A stretch of DNA of 64,000 bases, taken from the human T2T-CHM13v2.0 reference genome, Homo sapiens. The DNA lies in NCBI RefSeq assembly GCF_009914755.1, contig NC_060939.1. One strand, given 5' to 3'. Numbering within the stretch: position 1 is the stretch's first letter; each line of letters starts with the position of its first letter. The notes beneath the pieces were generated by a model. That model worked only from the letters and a program-made list of their open reading frames with translations. It was not told the DNA's origin and ran no database searches. Positions 41,516 through 53,149 of this stretch are shown piece after piece. The position numbers were made by a program, and so were the translations under genes.

Positions 41516-42263
41516 ACACTAGTATACTTTCCCCACTGTTTCCATCCTTTCTCCTTCTTGTCCTTTCTCTTTCCCTTTTTGGAGGTATTATCCAGCCATA
41601 ATCAACTCCAGAAAGTGTCTGGATCCCCATCTAAACACACAGTCTGGAACTCAGCTGCCACCAGTGGTTTGTTCTAATTTTGTTTTGGAGTGGGGGTAAA
41701 TTTTGTTGTTGATTTGATCTCATTGGATTTATTAAATTAAAAACATTGCTTTTGGTAGCAAGTCAAATACTATTGAGGTATCTAAAGAAAGAGTTAAGAA
41801 TCTCTCCTTTCCCTCCATTCTACTTCTCGAAGTACAAAATGTTAATATTTATTCCTTCCACACTTTCTGCTAGAGGTGGCTTTTTAAAAAATATTTATTA
41901 TCACAGTAAGATTGAGAGAAGAAAATACTTAATATTTAATATATAGAGCACATTAATCCACTCAATAAATATTTTTGAAAACCTCTATGTTTCACGCACT
42001 ATGCTAAGTGCTGAAGAACCAACTTAAAATTCTCTAGGATAGATACCTAAATATCAAATAATATCAGCTGTTTCTTTTTATAAAATAAAGAGCCCCACTG
42101 TGCTTAATAAAATGATGATGGTTTGCACACACCAGCTAGCCAAACCAAGGATAGGTGGCGTTAGACACAGGAGGACTAACAGGTAGCTGAAAGTAATCAA
42201 TTTTCCGGATCTAGAAAGACAATCAACTAAAAAGCCAGAGTATAAAAAGAATGAAACCATAGG

Positions 42264-43578
42264 TGTATTAGAACATTATTGCATTGCTATAAATAAATAC
42301 CTAAGACTGGGTAATTTACGAAGAAAAGAGGGTTAATTGGCTGAGGGTTAATTGGCTCACTTTTCTGCAAGCCGTGCAGGAAGCGTAGTGCTGGAATCCA
42401 CTTCTGGGGAGACCCTATTAAGCTTTTACTCATGGCAGAAGTCAAGAGGGAGCAGGCAAGTCACATGGCAACAACAGGAGCAAGGAGTTGGAGGGAGAAA
42501 TGCCACACATTTTTAAACCACCAGATCTGGTGTGAACTCAGAGTGAGAGCTCACTTATCATGAAGGGATGGCTTAAGCCATTCATAAGGGATCCGCCCCT
42601 GTGATCCAAACACCTCCCACTAGGCCTCACCTCCAACACCAAGGATTACATTTCAACATGAGATTTGTGTGGGGGAAAATATCCAAACTATATCATTCTG
42701 ACCCAGCCCCTCCCAAAGCTCATGTTCTTCTCACATTTCAAAATACAACAATGCCTTCCCAATATTCCCCCAATGTCTTAACTTGTTGCAGCACTAACTC
42801 AAAATCCAAAGTCTAAAGTCTCATCTGAGACAAACCAAATCCCTTCCACCTATGAGCCTGTAAAATCAAAAACAAGTTAATTACTTCCAAGTTACAATGG
42901 GGATATAGAAATTGGGCAAACAGTCCGATTCCAAAAGGGAGAAATTGGCCAAAAGAAAGAAGCTACAAGCCCCCATGCAAGTTCAAAGCCCAGCAGGGCA
43001 GTCATTAAATCTTAAATCTCCAAAATAATCTCCTTTGATTCCATGTCCCACAGGTAGAGCATATTGGTACAAGGGGTGGTCTCCCAATATCTACTCCTGT
43101 GTCAGCTCCTGAGGCTGTTCTTACAGGTTATTGAATATCTGTGGCTTTTCCAGATATAGGTGCAAGCTGTCAGTGCATCTAACATCCTTGGGCCTGGAGG
43201 GCAGTGACCTCCTTCTTATACTCCACTAGGCAGTGACCCAGAGGTGACTCTGTATAGAAGTCCCAATTCCACATTTCTCCTTGGCACTCTCCAAGTAGAG
43301 GTTCTCTGTGGGGGACTCCACCTCTGTTGCAGGCTTCTGCCTGGGCACCCAGGCTTTTCCACACATTCTTTGAAATCCAGGCAGAGGCTGCCAAACATTC
43401 TTTACTCATGCATTCTGCAAATGACACGCTTACCACCACATGGAAGCTGCCAAGGCTTATGGCTTGCACCCTGTGGAGGTATGGCCTAAGCTGTACCTGA
43501 GACCCTTTGAGCCATGGCTGGAGCTGGAGCAGCCAGAATGTGGGGAGCAGTGTCCCAAGGCTGCAAAAGGCAGCCAAA
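42264..43578 (-). mobile_element. MSTB-like MaLR: 3' LTR (42264-42695) plus truncated internal region
   Basis: LTR tgtattag...atccaaactatatca followed by the antisense polypurine tract (cagcccctcccaaa) and MST-int sequence. Confidence 0.88.
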
Positions 43579-43593
43579 GCTTCACAAGGCAGG

Positions 43594-44724
43594 TGTATTA
43601 GTCCGTTTTCATACTGTTATGAAGAAATACCCAAGACTGGGTAATTTATAAAGAAAAAGAGGTTTAATGGACTCACAGTTCCACATGGCTAGGGAGGCCT
43701 CACAATCATGGCAGAAGGTGAAAGAGGAGCAAAGGCAACACACGTCTTACATGGCAGCAGGCAATAGTGCATGTTCAGGGGAACTGCTCTTTATAAAACC
43801 ATTAGATCTCTTGAGACTTATTCACTATCATGAGAACGGCATGCAAAAAACCTGCCCCCATAACTCAATTACCTCTCATTGAGTCCCTCCCACAACATGT
43901 GGGAATTATGGGAGCTACAATTCAGGATAAGATTTGGGTGGGGACATAGCCAAATCGTATGATTCTGCTCCTGCCCCTCCCAAACTCATGTCCTCTTATC
44001 CCAAAACTAATCATGCCTTGCCATCAGTCTCCCAAAGTCTTAATTCATTTCAGCATTAACTCAGAAGTCCAGTCCAAAGTCTCATCTAAAGCAAGGCAAG
44101 TTCCTTCTGCCTATGAGCCTGTAAAATCAAAAGCAAGTTAGTGACTTCCTACATAAAACAGAATTACAGGCATCGGGTAAACATACCCATTCCAAATGAA
44201 AGAAATTGGCCAAAATGAAGGAGCTAAAGGCCCCATGCAAGTCTGAAATCCAGTGGGACAGTCAAATTTTAAAGCTCCAAAATTACCTCCTTTGACTCCA
44301 TGTTTTATATCCAGGTCACCCTGATGTAATAGGTGGGTTCCTATAGTCTTGGACAGTTCCACCCCTGTCTGTGGCTTTGCAGGAGACAGCCCCCCTCCCA
44401 GCATCTTTTACAGGCTGGTGTTGAGTGTCTGTGGCTTTTCTAGGCACACAGTGCAAGCTGTTGGTGGAGCTACCATTCTGGGGTCTGGAGGACAATGGCC
44501 CTCTTCTCACAGCTCCACTGGGCAGTGACCCAGTGGGGACTCTGTATGGGGGCTCTGACCCCACATTTCCCTTCTGCACTGCCCTAGAAGAGGTTCTCCA
44601 TGAGGGCTTCGCCCCTGCAGCACACCTCTGCCTGGACATTCAAGCATTTCCATACATCCTCTGAAATCTAGGTAGAGGTTCCCAAACCTTAATTCTTGAC
44701 TTCTGTGCACCTGCAGGTCCAACC
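43594..44724 (-). mobile_element. THE1D-like MaLR: 3' LTR (43594-43962) plus truncated internal region
   Basis: tgtattagtccgttttcatactgttatgaagaaatacccaagactggg...; THE1-int ends abruptly at cctgcaggtccaacc. Confidence 0.88.
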
Positions 44725-44739
44725 AGTATCAGAAGAAGA

Positions 44740-45197
44740 TTATTGGATAATGTTGGATATGTCCTCCTCAAAGATACATTAAAGCCCTAACACTTAGTAC
44801 CTGAGAATATGAACTTATTTAGAAATAAGGTCTTTCAGATGCAATCAGGTTAAAATAAGCCATACTCAATTAGGTTGCACCCTAATCAGATATGACTAAT
44901 GTCCTTACAAGAAGAAAAAACAGATAGACAGAGACATGGAGAAGAAGCTCATGTGAATACAGAGGCAGAGACTGGAGTAATGCATTCAAGCCAAGAAATA
45001 CCAAGAATTGCCACACCAGAAACTAAGAGAAAGTCATGGAACAGAATCTCCCCTAAAGCCTTCGGAGAAAGCATGGACCTGCCAATACCTTGATTTTGGA
45101 CTTCTAGCTTCCCCAACTGTGAAAGAAAAAAAATTCTGTTGTTTTAAGCCACTCAGTTTGTGGTAATTTCTTATGGCAGCCTTACAAAACTCATACA
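44740..45197 (+). mobile_element. MLT1C-like LTR
   Basis: gaacttatttagaaataaggtcttt...gccttcggagaaagcatgg...ttctgttgttttaagccactcagtttgtggtaatt...aactcataca. Confidence 0.85.
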
Positions 45198-45985
45198 GTC
45201 TGTTCAGGATCTGTAAAGAATTAGCTCAAACTGTTTTTACCACACTGATCCCAGCACTCTTCTCCCACCTTGGGGGTATAAAAATGTTAAAATTGAAAAC
45301 TGCAGGCCTTGTTTAATGTGCTCTGAGACTCACCCTCACCTCCCATCACTCAGAGTCTGATGAATGAATCAATGCAGAATGAGTCTATCTTCACTCCCTA
45401 GGTGACATGTAATCTCTTACCTGCTACCCTCATAACCAGCCCAAAACCCACAAAACTAGACTCACAGGATATTGGATCAAAATGTCTAGAAGTTAAAATT
45501 TCCAGGAAGGGATCCTCTTATTCAAGAGTCCTAAAAACATTTCCCTCAAGTACAAGAAAAGGATGTGGCTGATAAAGCTCCTAGGAGGAGCGTCAGCCAC
45601 TCAGGAAAATGAGATTGTCAAGCAGCACTGCTGTAGCCAGATGCAGTGTTCAGAGGATCACAGAAGGAAAGTGGACCCAACTGGCCTCTCTCCAACCCCT
45701 GCACGTATCATCATTCACACCAGGCTGTACTGGAGTGTTTCAGAGCACAAAGACCCTTTAATTCTGAAAGAGAATTTAGCCATGGATTCTGAGGACTACG
45801 ATAACAGAGACCTTGAGAACAAAGCACAAGCAGAAGCACACACAGAAAGCGGGGGGGAGGGTGACAAAGGAGAGAAGCCTGCTGATCCCTGAAAGCAACT
45901 CTGCTGCCTTAATTAGCTGCCCTTACTCAGGAGCCACCTACTTCACACACAGATGTTTAGTGGTACTTCAAATCTCTCAGATCCT

Positions 45986-46120
45986 CTGTGTGGGTGTGCG
46001 AATTGTGGTGTGTGGTGTGTGGAATGGCGTGGTGTATGGATGGTGCAGTATGTGTGTGTGGTTTGTGTGTGCATGAGTGTGGTAAGTGGAATGGTTCAGT
46101 GTGTATCTGGGGTGTGTGCT
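45986..46120. repeat. Degenerate (TG)/(TGG)-rich low-complexity tract
   Basis: Read directly from the sequence. Confidence 0.8.
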
Positions 46121-46706
46121 TGGGGAAGGCAGTGTATGGGGAAACAGGGGTTTGTGACTGAATGCCTGCTTTCAGGATTTCCTAGGTTCAGGTGGAGCAA
46201 AACCAGCCTGGGTATGTAGCTGCCGCATCAGCAGTGACTTGGAGCTGATCCACTGTCTGGTCTATTTTTAACAATGATGCACCATGACTTCGCACTCTTC
46301 CTTAATATAACTGACGGCAGCAGGATCCCATTGGGAAAGCAACTACAGCTAAGGCCTCTGCTTTCCTGATCACACAATCTCATAGTCCTTCAGAACAAAT
46401 TATGAAGCATTTCTAGATCCTTGAGACATTTGAAACACTGCACACAACTTTCCAGAATTTGAGATGCAAAACAAAAAATTATTCAATATATCAACACTAA
46501 CACTAACTCTATATGAGAACTTTTAACCACTCCCTCTAGTCACCATAAAATCTAGAATAAGTAAACAAATGCCAACGTAGTGCAAAATCATAATTAGTGT
46601 TTGCCTGAATCAATAAAAAAATGAAAATAGTACTGCAGTTGGTATGAATTTATTATCTTCTAGGCCCATTTTAAGACTATAGGACAGGTAGCTATTAAAT
46701 AATGCA

Positions 46707-46935
46707 AATTATATAATTATATAATAGCTACTATATAATAGCTATAATATTATATTATATATTATTATATTATATTTATTATATAATATAATTATATAAT
46801 ATATAATAAAAATATATTATATAATATAAATTTTATTATATAATAGCTATTATGTAATTATATATTATACATATTTATATTATATCATATATAATATATA
46901 ATTATATAATAGCTATTATATAATAGTTATAATTA
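46707..46935. repeat. AT-rich (ATTAT)n tract with repeated ATAATAGCT units and palindromes
   Basis: Almost entirely A/T; perfect 24-bp palindrome ATTATATAATAGCTATTATATAAT at 46901-46924. Confidence 0.9.
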
Positions 46936-48080
46936 GATAATTTAATGTCCTTTTATAAAAGGATGCTATATCACAGATATTATAAGAATTCATACTAAGA
47001 TTAATAAAAGATAATAGTTGCCCTAGCAACCCTAGCTATTTCCTCTTCAGAAATGTAAGAAAACATTACAGACAAGTTTAGAGACTCCAGAATGTCAAAT
47101 CTGACCCAAAAAAGTGAGTCTGTAATTCAATTAAATGATGAAAAGCAATTCAATGAAAAATTAGAAAATATCTATGAGAATCATGGATTAATCATGGAAA
47201 CCTACAGAGACCTAGAGCTTGAACCTGCCATTCTACAGACATGGAAACAAATTGCCTGAGAAGTTTAATGACTTGCCCAAGATCACATCCTACCTGGCAT
47301 CTCTTTAATTAATGTAAATCTCCTGACTTCTTAACCCCTATTTTTTATACTTTGTGAACTATCTTGGCACTCTATGACTGTCTCTATGCTAGGTGCTATA
47401 GATACCACAAAAATGAATGAAACCCAATGATGGTCAACCACAAGTTTAGTAGACTTCTCTTGCTACTATAGCCATTCTTAAAGAAACTACTCTGAGTTCA
47501 GACCTCCCTATTCCCCAGGAAGAATTGAAGTCAGCTCACCAGAATCTTCAAACTTTAGAAACAGTTGCACCAGTAGAACAAGATGGTGGCCACCTCCTGT
47601 TCCTAAGAGTACTTTTTGCTGGACCCTCTCACTCAAGGCCTAACCAATGAACTGGGATGCCCTGACAGTGCCAGCTAAGAGAGGAAGTTGACTCTGGGTG
47701 AAGGCAGGCCAAGTCTATAAATGACAGGTAAGAAGGAGAATAACTTGAATAGTACATAGTCCCTGCCTTTAGAGATCTGAATTAAATAACTAGTTAAACA
47801 TAATAGGTACTACACCAGAAGTAGGTAATAAGCCCAAACCTGAGATTTTTTTTTAATCCAGTGAGTCTACCACTGAGGAATAGGAGAGAAGGAGAGAGAT
47901 GTCAGGACTCATACAGGCCCCTTCTAGAAAACGTTCTTAGTTCATTGTCCGTCTCTCCCAGTCAAACCATTGGTAACTCAAAAGGCCACAGTGTTTATTT
48001 AACATTTCTTGTGCCAACTCATGAAATGTCATCATGCTCACTGATAAGACTTTCCAGTCTCTCCCCTGCAGACTGGGTCC

Positions 48081-48348
48081 ATGTCAGCACTTGAGTCCAT
48101 ACCAGCATTAGGAATGGTATTCAGTGGCAGATCCTCGGTATCCTCTGCCGGACCCATGCCTGGTTTTCTAGCAAGGAGTAGGTTATCCGAGCTGCCTTTG
48201 TCACAGTATGTCAAGGGGAAACCAGAGGCCACTTAATTCTGGCTCCGTAACCCAGACACAAAATGTTCACCTAAACTAGGATTAGAAATCTGGGGAAAAC
48301 ATGTTTGTGCTACCAAAACTCATACGAGTCATATTCACACAAATGAGA
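48081..48348 (+). repeat. IR2 left arm (probable source copy)
   Basis: 268-bp ungapped match to the reverse complement of 49483-49750 with 13 mismatches; the ORF track shows near-identical peptides on opposite strands. Confidence 0.97.
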
Positions 48349-48605
48349 GAAGCTAGCCAAGCTTACCAGGATTGTCAGACTCTGGGTCATTGAAGAAATT
48401 TATAATGTGCTAGGAATGGAAAAAACATAAGTCATCTTCCACTCAATGTTTTGGCCTAGAGAACTCCCAGATCTCTCTGCATCCATTTACACTTTAGGTT
48501 TCCTGGTAGTTTTATTTTAAAATCTGCCACTAGAAAAGAAAATTCTTGAAAATAATTTATTTATTGTAAATCTTTCATTTTACCCTTGGGAAACTGGAGG
48601 TCCCA

Positions 48606-48900
48606 GGCCGGGCGCAGTGGCTCACGCCTGTAATCCCAGCACTTTGGGAGGCCGAGGCGGGTGGATCACAAGGTCAGGAGATCGAGACCATCCTGGCTAA
48701 CACAGTGAAACCCCCGTCTCTACTAAAAATACAAAAAATTAGCCGGGCGAGGTAGCGGGCGCCTGTAGTCCCAGCTACTCGGGAGGCTGAGGCAGGAGAA
48801 TGGCGTGAACCCCGCGGGGCGGAGCCTGCAGTGAGCCGAGATCGCGCCACAGCACTCCAGCCTGGGCGACAGGGAGACTCCGTCTCAAAAAAAAAAAAAA
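48606..48900 (+). mobile_element. AluYe5-like element inserted in a MIR, within the IR2 spacer
   Basis: Diagnostics gggcgaggt, aaccccgcggggcggagcctgcag and the shortened gacagggagact; perfect 16-bp TSD GAAACTGGAGGTCCCA at 48590-48605 and 48901-48916. Confidence 0.9.
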
Positions 48901-48946
48901 GAAACTGGAGGTCCCACACATGAAGGGGCTTGCTCAAGGTCACTCT

Positions 48947-49331
48947 AATACTGAAGATGGGCAGGATTCTGTCATAATAAAAAGAACTGCAAATATCCCA
49001 GTGGCTTCACACAGCAAAGATTTATTTCTTTCTCACACTACATGCCCCAAACATCTCTTCAAAATCCATCAGGGACCCAGACTTGATAGAGGCTCCATCT
49101 TAACATGTGCTTGCAGGGTTGCCACAACAAGGAAAAGGAAAGCTGACATCAGGCACTTTAGGGTTGATATCTCTATCCATAAGTGACACATGTGTCTTCC
49201 ACTCACATTTCAGTAGCCAAAGGAAGTAGCACAGCCACGCCTGACTTCCCGTGGCTAGAGAGGTGCAATCCTGGTACCTAGCCAAGAGGAAGAGCGTAGC
49301 AGTGTTTGTGGACAGCACTGATGACAACCAG
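48947..49331 (-). mobile_element. MLT1J/K-like LTR interrupting a MIR
   Basis: cagtggcttcacacagcaaagatttatttct...cttccactcacatttcagtagccaaaggaagt...cagcactgatgacaacca; the MIR resumes at gtcacatggttagtg. Confidence 0.7.
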
Positions 49332-49482
49332 AGTCACATGGTTAGTGAAGGGCAAAGCCAACAATAGAACTCTAGCTTCCCAATTCCTTGTCGAAGTGTT
49401 TCTCTACTTCCCTGTCTTGGAAAGCCTAGATCAAGTTCCACCATCCTCACAAAGCTATCTCTGACTATGCTAACCAATGAAG

Positions 49483-49750
49483 TCTCATTGGTGTGAATAT
49501 GACTCGTATGAGTTTTGGTATCACAAACCTGTTCTCCCCAGATTTCTACTCCTAGGTTAGGTGAACATTGTGAGTCTGGGTTACGGAGCCAGAATTAAGT
49601 GGCCTATGGTTTCCCCTTGACATACTGTGACAAAGGCAGCTCAGATAACCTACTCCTTGCTAGAAAACCAGGCATGGGTCCGGCAGAGGATACCGAGGAT
49701 CTGCCACTGAATACCATTCCTACTGCTGGTATGGACTCATGTGCTGATAT
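49483..49750 (-). repeat. IR2 right arm (probable derived copy)
   Basis: Reverse complement of 48081-48348, 95.1% identity, no indels. Confidence 0.97.
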
Positions 49751-50109
49751 CGATGATATTTATTCTCATCTATCTGAATACCTTAGTAACTGTCCACAAA
49801 TAAAACATAATTGTGCACTGAACACACACACACAAATCCATGTGCAGTTTTTAGGAGGACTCTTCATTGATTATGGATCCCACAGTCTCAAAAATCAGTG
49901 CTAGAAAGAGAAAGACCCTCCTCTCGTGGGCTCATGAGAACACAAAACAGGGAGAATTTAAATGAAAAGGCATAGCCCCAAGAGTAAAAGGAGGCAGTAC
50001 AGACAGCCATGGAAAGCATTTTGACTCTCTGAAGCAATATTTACTAGGCTGGATGTTAATTAGTCTCTTGTTTTGTTTTGTTGTACAATCAGCATTTATT
50101 CCCTTCCCT

Positions 50110-50580
50110 CCTCTGCTCTCCCCTGTATCACACAGGGGCAGGATGCCTAGAACTATACTTCTCAGATTCTCTCGCCTGCAGAGGGTTGCGTGTGATTTAC
50201 ATTCTGTCAGCGGGATGCATTCGCATAAGGTTTGAAAAGAGGAAAGGAAACAGAGGACATTTTCTTCTTCCTCCAGCAGTGGCAACAGATAAATGAACTT
50301 TGCACAAATGAGTTTTTTTGACAGCCTCTGCTTTCCCCTGCCATTCAGTCATCACAGGATGTGAAAAAAACTGTGAAGTCAGCAGCAATTTTCTGCAGGT
50401 TCCTGACCCTTAGGTGACAGCACTCTGACTCTGGACCACCAGAGTGCGGCAAAATTGAAAATTGATGGCTGATCCCCTGACTTTCACTCTTACAGGCTTT
50501 GCAATGGCTTGTAAGCACCAAAATCCCTGAATCAAATTATATAAAATTTCTGTTTTCCTGACTGAACCATGACTGATACA
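50110..50580 (+). mobile_element. Old ERVL LTR (LTR33-like)
   Basis: Terminus ttctgttttcctgactgaaccatgactgataca; 5' boundary uncertain. Confidence 0.45.
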
Positions 50581-50779
50581 ACTTATCCCCTTTAATCATT
50601 TACTTCTAATTATAATGGTAATAGATGAAGTATAAGAAATAAATTTAAATCAACTATGACACCCACTCAGATATTACCCAGCTATTGATATATTTCATCC
50701 CACTTTCTTTTCTATACAACACTATTCCAGCCCTAATTCACTTCAACATACACATAGGATAATTTGACACCCTAGAGCT

Positions 50780-51530
50780 CCTCTCCTACAATTACTTTGT
50801 TCTACACCTTATGTCAGCCACTCACCCCCATGGCCATATCCACAATGACCTTGTCATTACCAATAACTGCAACCCCTCCATAAACTCACTTTCATGCATC
50901 CCACTCCCTGACCACCATCTACATTTCCAGCTTACAGCCCCTGATACCCAGGCTGGATCAGTATTAAGACCCTAACAGGACCTTCAATTCATTGGTCCTA
51001 CAAAGTTATTCTCCCACACCCATTGATGTCTCCTCTTCCCTCTTTATCCAGCGTATTCTATGGCAAATAATATAATCAATTCACTTGCTTTTATACTCCC
51101 TAATCTACCTCTCTCTTACTTCAAAACCGCAACACTAATTAAATCCAAAGTTCCACTTACATTACGCCTACCCATGTATAGCTGAATGAAACTGGAGGAA
51201 AATATACAATCAACGATCACTAGACTCACTTTAAGTCCGTAAATATGATCTCAAACTACCTTCAAACTACATCCAGAGCCTGGTTCTCTCCCACTCTAAT
51301 TACTCCTACATTCCTCATTCTTTCCCTTACCCTTATCTCATAATACTTACCACACTAACTTATGATTTAACTTATTTATTTCTTACATTTATTACTCATT
51401 GCCTGTTTTTTCCTACTGGAATACATGCATAATAAGATCAGGATTTTTTTTTTTTCAGTTTTGCTCACTGATGTACCTACCTCAAGTGCCTAGAAGAGCA
51501 TCTTGACAGTGTTTAATAAATCTTTATTGA
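50780..51530 (+). mobile_element. L2 fragments
   Basis: gaccttgtcattaccaataactgc...ccactccctgaccaccatct...ttttgctcactgatgt...agtgcctagaagagc...aataaatctttattgaa. Confidence 0.7.
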
Positions 51531-51684
51531 ACAGCTTCACATTCATTTTGACATGTGTGCTTTTTGAGAGGGAAGGTAGCGACTTATAGCATGAGCAGGT
51601 CAGAAAATGAGAATCCACAATCCTTTTCTACCATCATTTCTCTTCTTCTTCAAGACACTCCCTTTTCTACCTTTAAAAGAAGAA

Positions 51685-52113
51685 TGTTGCAGACACTATT
51701 GGTGCCTACCCATCAGCCATCCAGCACACACCTATGGTTTCTTACTGCAAGCACTCCCAAGACTCTCTGCCCAAAGGCTTTCCCTGGCCACAGAGGTAAA
51801 TTTTGCTACACACAGAGTAGGCAAGAAGTGCCAAGGAGTTAAGACCTGGAGCAGTCCTCAATTGGTGTCTCACGGTGGTTGGTGGACAAATATCTCAGTT
51901 TCCTCTCCCTTCTAGTAGGTAACTCTGAGGCATGTTCTACACTGTCTTCCCACTTGCCCACGGTGGTATCCTAAGCATTGATGCACTCTGTGTCGGCTTC
52001 CTCCCCTTTCCTATCTCATTTTCCACTTCTCATTCCCTAGGATCACCATCCAAACAACTCGCATTCAAATCTTTGTCACAGTGTCTGCTTTTTGGGAGAA
52101 TCCAAGCCAGAAC
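51685..52113 (+). mobile_element. LTR16-like solo LTR (ERVL)
   Basis: tgttgcagacact...aagtgccaaggagttaa...ggttggtggacaaata...tctgaggcatgttctacac...ctgctttttgggagaatccaagccagaaca. Confidence 0.75.
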
Positions 52114-53149
52114 AAGGCATTTAGATCAATGCTTGGCAAAACCATGTGTTACATAGGCCCCTAAGTTTCCACAGAGGTACTCGGGAGCTCACATAAAGTA
52201 GTAGAGACCAAAGAGTAGGAATTCAGAAGCATCTCAAAACCTACCCAATGTAGTTTTATTTCCATCTGTTTTATACATATTGTGCTTCCTCATAATATTT
52301 CTAGAAAATAAAACATAATGAAGTTTCCCCTGCAAAGTATAAAACTTTGGAAACTATGAGGCTAGATGATCTCCAGTGATCTTGGAGGCCCTTCTTATAG
52401 TTCTAATATTTGCTTCTTCTATCAACATTTTCATGAGTATTCAGACTCAAGGAAATTTTCCACATTTAGCTTTTGCTATAAGGTTGTTACAAGGTTTCTC
52501 ATGGAGGTGTTCAAATTGGAAGGTTTTCCGTAAATTAGAAATGTATCCATCTGGGCTCTTTTCAGCATCCTCACACCTGGCTGGGTGCCACAGCCTGGAG
52601 AGGGTCGCCTCCCTTCTAAAAAGAAGAGTGCCACTGACACCCATAGGACCCGTTTCTCTCCCCGTGCCTCTTTCCCCACCCTGAGGGGCGATGATAGCTT
52701 GGCTGAAGGATGAATGGCTTGAAAGGAAAATCTCGCTCCCCTGCTTTTTCCCAGGTAGAAACAGGCCAAGTATTTGACATTTTGCTTGGGAGTTGAGCCA
52801 CTAGTGACATCCCAAGGGGGAGTTGGCATTTCCAACAGGGTCTTATTGTGCAAGTGAGGGTTATTTGTTTGTAATAAACTAGATCAGGTTTAACTTGGCT
52901 GCAGGGTATACCAATATGGACAAAAATATTTTAATAATTGCATTCCCTACTCCTCAATACTAACAGCCTTGCTGCTGCTATCTGCTTGAATCCATCAGCA
53001 CCAATCACATTAAGCCCTTTATCCCTGATGTTATCACTTACCCTAGGAAGCCCCAGGTTCCAAGATCACTCTTCATTGCCCACATTCTAATCTTTACAAA
53101 GCTCTACACACTCCCTGTTCTTTCCCCTTTTCTACCCATCCCCAACTCC

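Noticed and set aside
45563-45892. 109-aa ATG ORF in unique-looking DNA
   Set aside because: No homology I can recognise and no supporting splice or promoter signals.
48038-49904. Twin ORFs (GFPLTYCDKGSSDNLLLARKPG...) on opposite strands as a duplicated small gene
   Set aside because: Both start at GTG, similarity stops exactly at the repeat boundary and I recognise no protein family; they are a by-product of IR2.
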